Source: Spongospora subterranea f. sp. subterranea (lineage: Eukaryota). From it: 64,000 bases of DNA. The first letter of the stretch is position 1. The number at the start of each line of letters is the position of its first letter. Made by a program: the position numbers and the translations under genes. The notes under the pieces were generated by a model. That model did not search any database and was not told the origin of the DNA. It saw nothing but the letters and a program-made list of their open reading frames with translations. Positions 34,395-46,154 of this stretch are shown one piece after another. Location of the stretch: the NCBI GenBank assembly GCA_049724395.1, contig JAUGWO010000035.1, forward strand, positions 1 to 64,000, in the 5' to 3' direction.

Positions 34395-35043
34395 ATGATG
34401 CGATTTCTGTATTTGGCGGCGATGGCATTGCCGGCCGTAACCTTTTCTGCCTTTTGTGGTCCTTATTACCCAGGCCAAGACTGTTCAGCTGACGGCTCCT
34501 GTTGCTCGCAGGTAAGTGATTTTTAAACGCTGTAGATTGCGACCACGGTTGAACTCCGTTTCGCAGAGCGGACAGTGTGGATATTCTCCTCAGCATTGTA
34601 ATTGGACAGGGCGTTACGAAAACGATGTCCAGTGGAATCAGAACATCAGCCAACCTTCTTGTGTAGATACCCCATGTTCTTCTTCAACTGATTGTTGCGA
34701 GCCATCAACCGGGTAAAACACTGAAACACCCAGGCCGATAATCGATATGACTTAATTTGAGTTTAGACGATGTATGTATGATCCAGATGGGCAATCCGAC
34801 CCAACGACCAAACAGTGCAATGCCGGAGTAAACCACAATGTGAACATGGGCGGGTACATGCCACCGACAAACCATACATCCTGTCCAACAACACAACCAG
34901 GCAATAACACCCAGACGCCAACCACCTACCCGACAACGCAACCAACGACACCGCCTCCAACCACAAGTGACGCGGCATTGCTTACCCCTGTCTTTGTATT
35001 TTCAGTAGTTCTGGGGATCATGACGTTCATATCAGTAGCATAG
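34395..35043 (+). CDS. Small Cys-rich secreted/surface protein with a hevein-type chitin-binding (CBM18) domain; exons 34395-34511, 34567-34712, 34767-35043 (179 aa)
   Basis: Signal peptide MMRFLYLAAMALPAVTFS; spliced CGP...C...CCSQSGQCGYSPQHC; second Cys cluster; P/T-rich stalk; hydrophobic C-terminus. Both GT-AG introns preserve frame. Confidence 0.85.
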
Positions 35044-35104
35044 AATAATGTCAATAAACTCCAAACATGCTCGATAAGTCATTGTAGCTTCTTCATGAAC
35101 AACT

Positions 35105-35613
35105 TTATTTGGGGGTAGCAGAGGGCCCTTCCACATCAGGGGTCAAGTTTGTCTGCGCTGCGACGAATTTGCCCCCGTGAAGTGGGACGCCGGAGGGAAT
35201 CGGCTTTGGGTTAGGAGTAGACGGAGGCTCTGGAGCAGACGAGGGCTCGTCGCCTTCTTCTTCCTCCTCTTCTTTTTCTTCTTCTTTCTCCTCTTCTTCA
35301 TCCTCCTCTTCTTCCTTGAATGAGCCCACTATATCCTCGAACAATTTCTATAACCCAAAAGAAAACGAGAGGTCAACCAAGGGCAACCAGGGAGATTAAC
35401 CAGATTAAAAAAAAACCGAAACTTCGAGAAACAACGTAACTTTAAGTCATTTACCCCTTTATTGTGAGATTTCCAAAAGCTGTCAAAAGAGGAGTCGAAG
35501 ACCCTTTCAGAGACTACTCCTACAGCTAGAATCGACGTGACGTAGGCAAAGTTTCGCCGCATGAAAATGTCATAGATCCTATTCAAAAATGGCGAGCCCT
35601 GCTGCGACGACAT
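35105..35613 (-). CDS. QCR9: Cytochrome bc1 complex subunit 9 with a long acidic/Pro-rich C-terminal extension; exons 35613-35455, 35347-35105
   Basis: IYDIFMRRNFAYVTSILAVG...ERVFDSSFDSFWKSHNKG|KLFEDI matches the QCR9/UQCR10 consensus. Confidence 0.88.
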
Positions 35614-35999
35614 TTTCCGAATATTTTGGGAATTTAGCGGGCGCCAAACCGGCGTCCGTCCCCAAAGCGACAAAACTCTCGCCATGGGAAGCAAATCGAC
35701 GAGTTGACGTAATTCGTGTTCTCACCTTCCAACACGCGAAGTTTAACGATATGTGCCACAGCACTACTGTACACTCCAGCGAACATATGATCAGTCGGGC
35801 TGCGCTGCATGCTTTGTCGGATATCTGTACTGTATGTATATTTTACTATTTACATGGCGCAAAATCAATCCCGGAGGCACAGGTTGACAAGCGCCACCTT
35901 GCCCAATAGAACAACCGCAACTCAGGTGTAAATCGCGATTTCGTGAGATTTGTTACCGGACGCCAGTCATGATATTAAAACCCGGTTCAATGATTATCA

Positions 36000-37900
36000 G
36001 GCAGCAATGCACGGGGGCAACCTGAAGTTCCTCATCTTGCATGTGACTTCCGAGACTTTTAATTTGAAAAAAGAACCAACTTTGTAATGTGCTTGAAATG
36101 GAAATACTATCGGTATGTGAGGTCATATGAAGGATCACTCAATTCTGGTCAATGCTCTCAGCATCAAAGCCCATGCATTTAACAGCGAGAAGCTGCGGGC
36201 GTCACTTGATCTGATCTAACTTCAATATTCCGGAGTCGTACTTTATTCACCGTACGACCCCTCGCATTGCCGCGACAACAGGACGACCCTGGCTCCTCAG
36301 CTATCCCTGGAACACCAGCCAATGTATTGCCCAGGTATGAATAAACCGCATTTCTTATTGTTCAAGTTGCAATGTGCTGTTCAACAATGAGCATGCACAT
36401 CGAGAGTCCAGACATCTTATTTGGAATCATTGACCTACACAGTTTCTGAGTATCACCAAAACCTACCTCTTCTACCGGGGGTTCATATACAATACAAGGT
36501 CCACTGTTTCCTATCTGGTTGTCCTTTAATACTCCATTCGAGCTGATTTCGCAGCTGATGGCAAGCGCTTTGGTCGCGAAGCCGGACCATATGGTTAGTG
36601 GTGAACGACCTGATTGTAATGACAGATTGTGGACCGTTCCTGTGCTACGAAGCAGGAAGCTCGACGAATCTGGGTCGTGTTGCCCTTTGTCCATTAAGCG
36701 TTTTGAAATACACTTCAACAGCCTTATCGGCGACAAAAAGTCAGATTCGTGATATACTGTGTCTGGGCAAAATAATTTCGAATTGTAGTACTTTCAGCTT
36801 CGGCAAACTCCGTTTCTTGTTCGGCTTCTTGCCAATACATGAACCACCGTCATTTGGTGCATCTTTCACTATTGTCATCACAGCTGATACAGTACAATTT
36901 TCTTGGCATAATATTGGATTGCAATATGGCCCATATTAGTTTAGGAATCCCGACGAGTACGATATAGATGTTAAAGGGCCGATTGTCAACAACGATGTGG
37001 ATAGAGACCAGGGGTGGAGACGCTCTTGGGGACGATGTAGCGCCGGTGTCGACCATCCACGACTGAGATGCAGCAATTCGATGGTCATTAGGTGTGGAAG
37101 GCGAAGGGGACACCATTGATGCCTCATTTCCCGGACGTGGTCCTGTCGGTGTCGCAATCCGGTTTCGACCGGCACCTCGTCTCGAAGTTGTCTGGGTGGA
37201 AATGATTGACGTGTGCTGCTGTATTTCTGAGCTAGGAGCAGTGGTGCTCGAATTGTTCTTGGAACGAAATCAGGACTTGCTTTGATATAGAGTACGTCGT
37301 TCGTTCTTCCGGGCCATACAATATCGTCTCTTGGATGGACTGCATCCGCTTCGGTTGTTTCCTTATTATAGTGAGTAAAAGCTTCTGGTCGCACCGTGTA
37401 GAGGTTTCGACATATATTGTTCAGGAATTCGAGAACGTCGTCAATTTCCCACAGTCTAAGTTGTTCAAGTTGTGTTTCGGCAGCCATTACGTCGGGTGCT
37501 GCCTTGCTCTCAAAGATTGTGCTCCAGGTAGACTGTAGATCTGTGCTGTCGATATTCGGTTCCGACGTACTTAAATTCCGGAACAACATACGTCATCCTT
37601 GATAATCTCATTAATGCTGGCGCACACTAGGAGACCAGAAGCTTTTTGTCACAACAGTACTTCGCAAAATAAAGGATTAAACCAAATAATCACAATTTTG
37701 CCCAAACCCTTTACCTTTTGATGTTGAGGTCAATTTCCCATATCACAATAGTCACCTAGGCTCCAACTGAAAATATCAAGAAAACTTACCATTCCAGCAC
37801 TTATGATTTGCATCGCACGGTCATCGTGAAGCGCTGGTTTTGTAAAATTCCAACAACAATCGCTGGATTCAGGCGCAGGAACAGCGGCGAGAAGGTATAT
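36000..37900 (-). CDS. Hypothetical multi-exon protein (boundaries uncertain)
   Basis: Same-strand ORFs 36936-37589, 36362-36736 and 37730-37966 with plausible splice sites; no domain recognised. Confidence 0.35.
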
Positions 37901-38399
37901 CTGACGCAGAGAATGTCGCACAAATGGTTGAAGGGAGGTGCTCACTGAGATCCATCTACAAATCACCGATCGTCACCATTGGGACAGCAACAGCAATCGC
38001 CAGGACATGATAGGCTGGCCAGAAACGCTTTCAAAGAAGTTGATCACAATTTATCGTCGGAAAGCAAATTGAAATTCAAACTACGGGCAGGAATTTCGAT
38101 TCACGATGAAACAACCTGTCATGAACATCGTGCGAAGCAACTCGACAAGTCGTTTTTATATGCGATTTTTTGTCATTAAACCGTTAAAAAATGCGATTTG
38201 ATAATATAACCACTTTTGTAGCGGAAATTGGCCACCTTTGATGTTCAGTAAATCATCATTTAGTTGTGTTTATTTTGTGAAGTACTGTAAAATAACGGAG
38301 GTGCCGAAGCGGATGCAGTCCATCAAAGAGACCATATTGTATGGCCTGGAAGAACGCAAGACTAATTTATACTCGCGGTGATCTAGGTACCACCCTCCG

Positions 38400-39626
38400 G
38401 AAGTTGAACTACCTCGAGAAATGGCATATTACATGGAGCTCATCATGTCCCGAATCAGGAGTACGGCGAGGTTAACCCTTTACAAACCTACGAGTAGTAC
38501 AGAGAACAGGATGGCTTTGACAACATATCCATATCCTGCGTATAATATGACTGCTCATCAATGGGTTGTGAATCAACACAAACCTGCTGCATCATGGAAT
38601 CCTCATAGCATCGTTTAACTTCAGCCACCGCCAAGCTTGTCCAGACTGACGCACGTATCATCTTTGAAACGACACTATACACAGGACTGATGTTGGATAC
38701 CCTAAATTCCCGGTTCAACAGGTCGCGTTGATCAGCTTTAATACCCCCGGGCTAGTTTGAAGAAACTCTCGAATTTCCGGGAATCGTCAAAAATTGACAC
38801 GCGATTCTCCAGGAGAGTGGGTCGCTCTTGAGGTCATTCACTCTTTCGCTCTTCAGTGGCCATTCCGCTGACTTGACATTGCCAGTCGTGCAGTCAGTCT
38901 GTGACGGGAACTGTGACCCATGTCCGTGATGTTCGGTTACAGGGAACACCATCGGGCTGGTCATTCTTGAATACTCGCTTTGAGCCACTTGTCTTCAAAA
39001 CACGATTTTCTCCGATCTTCCACAATTCGCCTGCACGTTCTCTCCGCCATCCCCATCTATTTGAACTCAGTTTCGAACGGGGGTGTCGGGAAGGGTGATC
39101 AGGCGGGATGTGTGGGACTGCAGGAAGCATTCTGGCAGTAATAAACCATCTCTCAGGTGTTCGTGAAATTCTTTCCTGCGCCGGATGACTAGTATCATAT
39201 CATGCAATGGTGTCACCGTACTAATAAAGTATTATTGAGAAGCGAAACTCATCAGCGCAATCCACAAGTTCGTCACCAGCAATGGCGCTGTGTAGCCACT
39301 TTCGTTAGCCACAATGCTTGTCGAAGCTGTCGTATTAACCCGCTAATCGAACCAAACGGGAGATGAGCGTTCAATGAATTATCCAACCATATTTTCAATG
39401 GAATTTTTTGATTCAATTTTGAATAATAGGGCAGCCGATATTGGAGAAACATGGAATCGTTTGTTTGGATCAGCCGCAGCCTGGATGGCGTTATATTCAA
39501 CCTAATATTGAACGGTTCCAATAGTTTATGAACTTCGAGTGCGATGTGGCGCTTAAAATCGAAACATGGTGCCAAAGTTATCATTTGCGAACTTGCGGAT
39601 TGTGTCATTGAAGTTAAGTATTCCAT
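38400..39626 (-). CDS. Hypothetical multi-exon protein (boundaries uncertain)
   Basis: ATG-initiated ORF 39273-39626 followed by same-strand ORFs; no recognised homology. Confidence 0.25.
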
Positions 39627-39815
39627 GGTTGACCCCCAGGGTTTGACAGTATCATTCAGTAGTTAAATCTTCTTATTGAAGACCTTGAGACATGATTCTG
39701 AAGGTTTTACTGAGTTTTGAAACAAACGAGTAGTGAGCAATGTGCCTTTAAAATGTAGATTTTCAAAGAATGAGAGGATACTTTGCACACTATTGATGGT
39801 CGACCCGGTTTATTA

Positions 39816-41283
39816 TCAAGTAGCCGGTTGAGGTGTTGGTGCCGATGATTGTGTGGCACCAGGACCACCCAGCGCCTTGTCTCTCTCCTCGCTCTTCACC
39901 ATTTCCCCGTCTAGTTTCTTCAGCGCCGGCACATGAGCAATCACCTCTACGCGACGCTCCTCTATTGTTTTTCCTAACAAACGCAACAAACCGGTTCATG
40001 AAGGAGCGACAATAGTAGACGCGGAACTATTATAATTGAAAACTTCGCGATCATGTTCTTAGAAAAGAGAAGGACGACAAAAGTCCAACTGAATGTTGAA
40101 AAATGGGAACGCAATGAGTTACCCTCATAGAATGGATTCCCGACAACCAACAGGTCTTGAATCTCAGGTAATTCTTGCTGAGAAATGAGGTCACACCAAT
40201 CAGTCGAAAACCATGAGATCCGGCCAAAACCGAAGGTTAAATGTAAAACACGGACGTGAGGAGGAAATTTCAAGTTTCTGTTTCCACAACTACTTACGAT
40301 AGCCCTTGCGACAAATTTTAAAACAATTTCTCAACAAAAGCTGAGAGGAAAACAAATGGGGCTCAGTAAAAATTGATCGCATTTGGAACGACCTGAAGAC
40401 ACTGTAAAACTCAGCCAATTCTCTGATAGGGTTCTCATTGAAAATTAAAACGACCCGAAAAACTTGATGCTTTCGAGTTTCGCAGAACAGAAAGTGCTGG
40501 TGTTTCTAACCAATTTATTGAGCTCATCAGCGCCTTTGATGCGATTATTGCCAATATAAAGTACTCTTAGCTTTCGTAAAGCGCTCAGCCCAGTCAGCTT
40601 CTCGATCTGATTATAGGACACCCAGAGCTCCTCTAGGGATTCGGCCAACTCATCAAGGCCCGTCAGCTTCTTGATATTATTTCGCGCAAGCGATAAAATT
40701 CTCAGCTTTTCTGAAAAACGAAAGAACAAGGCACTCCCCATTTCAGCCACAATATCGCAGGATGATGCGGAGGGAACTGTTCAAAAAGAATCCGCAAATG
40801 CGAATCGCCATTTCAAAACAATAAAAGTGGTGACGTGATCAAAATCCATTTACAACTCTATATCGACCAATAAAAACGTTGCTGCTGCCATGTGAAACTG
40901 GTTGAACGTCGGTAAATGCTTGTTCAAACGGTTGGTGATTGCTCTGCGATAATACGCACTTAGACTAGGCAATGGGAAGATCTTGTCAATCATATTAGTA
41001 GATAAGGATAAATGCCTAAATGCAAAACAGCCATTGGTCCGAAATTGCCTAGACAACTGTGCAATCGGGCTATTTCCTACTCGCAGTTGACGAGATCGTT
41101 CAGTTTGCCGTCCATCTTGTTTATCGGCGGTATCTGACACATGAGTTTCACAACCTTCGCCTCCGACGCCTTCATCGCATGTTTCTCCTCCTTTAGTACC
41201 CATTCATAAAGTCAGAATTTATATCTTTTATCGAGCGTTAGCACCAACCCCCATTTCTGCAGGCACTCCTTAATCTTCGACAT
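39816..41283 (-). CDS. DNAL1: Dynein axonemal light chain 1 (LC1), multi-exon
   Basis: [80 protein letters not shown]. Confidence 0.95.
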
Positions 41284-41892
41284 CAGCGACGGTCCAATCG
41301 ATACTGAAATGGCCAACTCGTTACAGTCAACGTGGGGTTCGGCACAGAGTAGTTCACCAGACTGTCAGAGTCGAACAGTTTCGATAGTTGACACGGTCGA
41401 GACTCCGTCGAGGTTGAGGCCCTGTGGGTGATCGATCATTCGACTGTTTCATTGCTGTGCGACTCCCGATAAACCGCAGATTTATTCGCGTGTTCAGGTT
41501 GACACCCTCTTTTCTATCTTTGACAGACAAACAAATTTGAGACATCTGACCAACCTGACCACCAACCCAACAGAATATGGACTCGAATGAAAATCAGGAG
41601 AGGTGCAATGATGCATATTTTACTGAGGAATATCACTGATCGTGCATGATGGTGTATTGCCGGGTATTGTGTTTATTGTGGCTGAATTTCATATATATAT
41701 ATTTATTTTTTTCATCGATCAATTAAGGGAGGCCGTGCACATTACTGGTTTTTGGGGTCATTCGGTTCTCCCAAATTCATCAGTTGCAACGCCATGACCT
41801 GTATACTAACGGGGCGCCAGACGAACTACTGGTTGTCATTGGCCCGGTATTCCGCTAACCGGTCGCAGTTCGCTTTCTGATCGCTCGTGATC

Positions 41893-42141
41893 ATGCCGAA
41901 GTTGCCACGACAGGTAGTGGCCGGGTACTTCGGTCCGAAGGTTTTGAGTCAAGAGGACGCCGAATTTCATATGCGGGAGATTCAAGAAAAGGCACAGCTA
42001 TGGGAGGAATCACAGCGACGAGCTGGGAAGCCGATCCTTTATCCACGTGATGATCATCAGGATAAGCTACCGGAACCAGGGCCAACACAGCTTACCGATG
42101 AATCAACTCAGGATGTATTAGGCCGTCCAGCTCCTATCTAA
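41893..42141 (+). CDS. Small hypothetical protein or terminal exon
   Basis: 82-codon ATG ORF with protein-like composition followed by an AT-rich 3' region; no homology recognised. Confidence 0.3.
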   Translation: MPKLPRQVVAGYFGPKVLSQEDAEFHMREIQEKAQLWEESQRRAGKPILYPRDDHQDKLPEPGPTQLTDESTQDVLGRPAPI

Positions 42142-42885
42142 TCCGCTTCAATTCCATCCCACAAGGGTCCAACAACAAGTCTCGGGTTTATTAATAATCG
42201 AATACAACTCTCTAAAATTTTTGCATTTTCGTTATTCGCAATTTAAACAGCAGATTATGAAAAGTTATTCCAGTCACTTTTTATCGAAAATCAAAACGTC
42301 GTTTTTATTCATCGATGTAATGAAGTCGAAGCAGGAAAGCTATATAGCAATCTATATAGTATGAGCAATGATTACGCTTTGAGTTTCAAAAAGAATTCGG
42401 AAATGAAACATTTCTTGTTGTTGACCGATCCACCAATCATTGGACATCTATCAATCAGAACTACGGTGGTCTTTGAGCGTCACCAAGTCATTGGCTATGG
42501 TAGTGCCCAGAGATGGCGCACTCGACAGCACGGTGACGTGGTAGATGATACACTAAACTGTACAAATCACGCTACCAAGTGGGACATTCCAAGATTGGAG
42601 TTTGCACCAAATGTCACGGAAACACTGTCGCGTAGATGAGAAAATACACAGAATTGAGGGGGAAACACCTCCAAAGGTGGCGAAATACGATTCCCCGAAA
42701 AAGTGCGCAGTGTGGCGATTCGCCTCGGATTGACGGTAGGAGGTTTGGGGTTCCGCCTCCGTTGACTGATACGGAATTTACCACTCACCTGGTCCACTTG
42801 TGATATTGGTCGGCGGCCGTGTGTCATGATCAAGAGGGAGGTGTAGTTCGCTGAGGTCATTGATTGCATATTCATTGGTCGCGTT

Positions 42886-45409
42886 ATGCCACCGATATCA
42901 TATCGTATCATGATCATCCCCACTTCATTCTTCAATCCATCGCTGTCGTGTTTTGTGATTTTCCACTGTCTGGCCTGCGTTGTCCTATCAGACTCTCATG
43001 ATCGCTATTTATGCCAATTTTGCCAATGCCGAATCTACGATGAGAAAGATCGCTATTTAGTCGCGTAATCGACTTTCAATTTGTGTCGCCGAACAAATTT
43101 ATAACTAGGTCCCTGATTTAGGAATTGCGCTGGGGTTCAGCTCGGCGCGTTATTGAATGAATTCGCTGAGTTTCCGAAGAACGGTGATACGATCCGCATT
43201 TTCCAGTCGGGACAAAAAACAGGACACGAGGTTACGACCTCACAACAAGATTGTTATGGCGATCAGGCAGAGTGTTCTACTAGGAACAATCTTGACACAT
43301 ACTCAATTAAGGAATGGATCAACTCGAAAATGCACAGTCCAAAATCGGCGCGTTCATTGGTCAAAACCTCGCTGCAAACCATAATCCCGTTCGTTCTAAC
43401 GTACGATGAAGATGAGATTCCTATCATGCTCGAAGACGACCAAACGTAACATCGACACTGATCATTGCCACACCGTTACCAGATTGGCCAGGCGCTGACG
43501 GTTTTCATGACACAGATATTGTGTGAAGGCGCTAATCGTTTCGGAACCAATAGTTGAGAAATCGGAGATGGCAATGATTGTGCAATCGTCTCCAAAGATG
43601 TTCCCGAAAGCGGGTAAAGGCATTCAACGGTTTGCCGGTATTGATTTCGTTTCCGTCGAGCGTCCAACACCGTATATCATCCACGATTTACGTCTTCTTC
43701 CCGATCTCACAGCGCTGTAAGTATTCTATCAACTTCTGTTTCCTCTTGACACGTTTGTTGCCATTATAATCCCTTGAGGTTCCGAGTTCTGTTTTAGCAT
43801 TGTTACATCCTTCAAAATCGATGATATGTGTCCCATCACATGGTGATTTGCTGATATTGCTTAGAGTTTTCTTAGACGCTCAGAACGTTCCAGCTTTATC
43901 GCTGCTTCCGAACTTGTCCTTTCTGTGAGTCTATTCATTGATTTTTTTGCGATTTCGTCATAATTCACTTTTCTTTCGTTGTAGAAGTGTTACCTGCCCT
44001 TCCGATGATCATAATCGTAACTTTGAAAGCAAGGGCCTAACTTATCTTCCGAGCTTAAAAACCCTGTACGTTGGAGAATTGCTGTATCGACTCTGTCGCT
44101 GATTGCCTCCCCGGTAGGGTCGTGGTTGGATTTAATCTAGATCTGTCTCTGTTGTCGCCTCAATCCCAGTTTGCCCGAGAAGTTGGTTCGCATTCCAATA
44201 TTGAAATCTCGTAAGTTTTTTTTTTCCAATTGCTATGTCAACCAAACGTTTACCCCTGATGAAACAATTTTCGTTCTCAACTGGTTCTATATCTATGACG
44301 TTGACGCTGTTTATCTTTTTTCAATAACCGTCCTTTCTGTTTGTATCGGCACTCTTGTTCACTTACGATCTCAACTGAATATATAACTTTTTTCGCCCTA
44401 TATAGGTGGTCCGACGCAAGACACAATGATTTCTTCTTTACAAGTGAATCTCTTTCACCCCCAGTGCCTTTGATCCGTTCCCGTTCTACTGTTACGGAAT
44501 CGGCGCCGACCTCGCAACCGTCGTCTTCCCGAGTTCGCGTCATAAGTCCGGTTTCACCCTCGTCGGCCTCGGTTTGGCTCTGGATGATCGAAAACTGCGA
44601 ATTTTGCTTTGACTCCCCCCAAGTTGTCTTGGCTTCAAAATGTGGTCGTCAGTTCAAAATGTTCATCAGGCGGATCCTGTCTCGATTGCCATCACAGGAA
44701 TCAAAACGTGTTTCAGTCAAGGACATGAGACACTCCCCCGCATTTCTCGCCCTATACAGTAACATACGCCAGCTCTTGGAAACTGTTTTTGGGAACCCGC
44801 GCCGAAAGCCCTTCTGGTATGCCAATTCTCCTTCATTCAATCCCTCATTGTTGTTAAAGTCGGTTTTCAGCCGGTCGACAAGCCATGGCGTGTCAGACCA
44901 GTCCCGTTTCATCCAAAAACCTCGTGTAGGTCTTAGACCGCTTTCAATTCCTCGAGTGTCAGTTGATGAGGACTTGCCTGGTGAATCGTCGCCATCCACA
45001 CCGCGTGCAGGCACTCCCCGCTTTGGCACGGCTTCTTCATCGGGTGCCACATCTTCTTTGAGCCTTGAAACCGAACCAGAGCTTATCGGTGACAATCTTT
45101 TGAATGTTAATTTTGAAAACAAGCGGCTAATGGTATTCTTCAGAAAAAACAGTGACGATCAGCTATGTGCGAACAAGAAGAGGACTTCTAGTTGTGATTG
45201 GGGCGGCGATGCTCTCATTTGTCGTCCTGGTGTTCGTCTTGCGTGTAGTCAATGGGAGAAGAAAGGCATCGTTGGCGAGGTTCTGGCGCAAACGTACGGA
45301 TCTCGTCAAGAAGCTCGACCAGATTGCTCGCGCTAACCGATCAAGACGTGGGTTGTCGCCTGTCCCACCTACTGAATCTGTCGGAGTTGTATTAAGCAGT
45401 TCATTATAA
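42886..45409 (+). CDS. Probable type I membrane protein with short LRR-like exons, S/P-rich region and C-terminal TM segment
   Basis: Hydrophobic N-terminus; LPDLTAL, LPNLSFL and LPSLKTL next to GT donors; S/P-rich exon; TM GLLVVIGAAMLSFVVLVFVL followed by basic residues. Confidence 0.45.
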
Positions 45410-46154
45410 TATCATGAACATCCTGGTTGGTCGCTGAATCAGTTCAACTGTGTACGGTCGCGTTGCTGACATCGTCATCATTATTCGCTTTGATAACAAT
45501 CGGAACGGAAAATACTGAGAGACAGCTTAATCTTCAATACATTCACTTTTGAACAACGGAGCCATCAATCGTGAAAACCGCAACACTCCCGGATCAACCA
45601 ACGTTGCGCCTTTCTTAAAAACCGGTTGCTTGAGGTCAACATTGTGATCAAAGGGATAGATTGGCCATCAAACCGGAACGTGTCAACCACCTGATTTCGG
45701 ACTTGATCTCTTGTCCGAGTTTTGTTGAAAACAAGGATTGGCCCGTGGAAACACTATGAGTTTGGATCGTTCTGCATACATAGTTTAGTGATTATATCGT
45801 GAACCTCATCAATTTCGCGATTCGGTTTTCAGTTCAAACACACAGCCGCAAAATCCAGATCTGACCGCAAACCTATTGCCTGCTTCAACACAATCAATTG
45901 CCGAACTTTCTTGACGGGCGGTATGGCATGTACGTGTTGGTTCAGTTTCGCATTCAGATTTTACATTTTTTCATGCCATGCAGAAGACTGGTGCCAACAG
46001 ATTATTGTGTTTTATACAGAATCGTTCGACGCCTAACACGCTTTGAACGTTATGGTCGACCACAACCTATGGGTGTGGTCGACCAAATGATACCTGCTGC
46101 AGCAACATACGGATTTGAGATCCGCGAAGCGAAACCGCGTTGGGGAACGACTTC

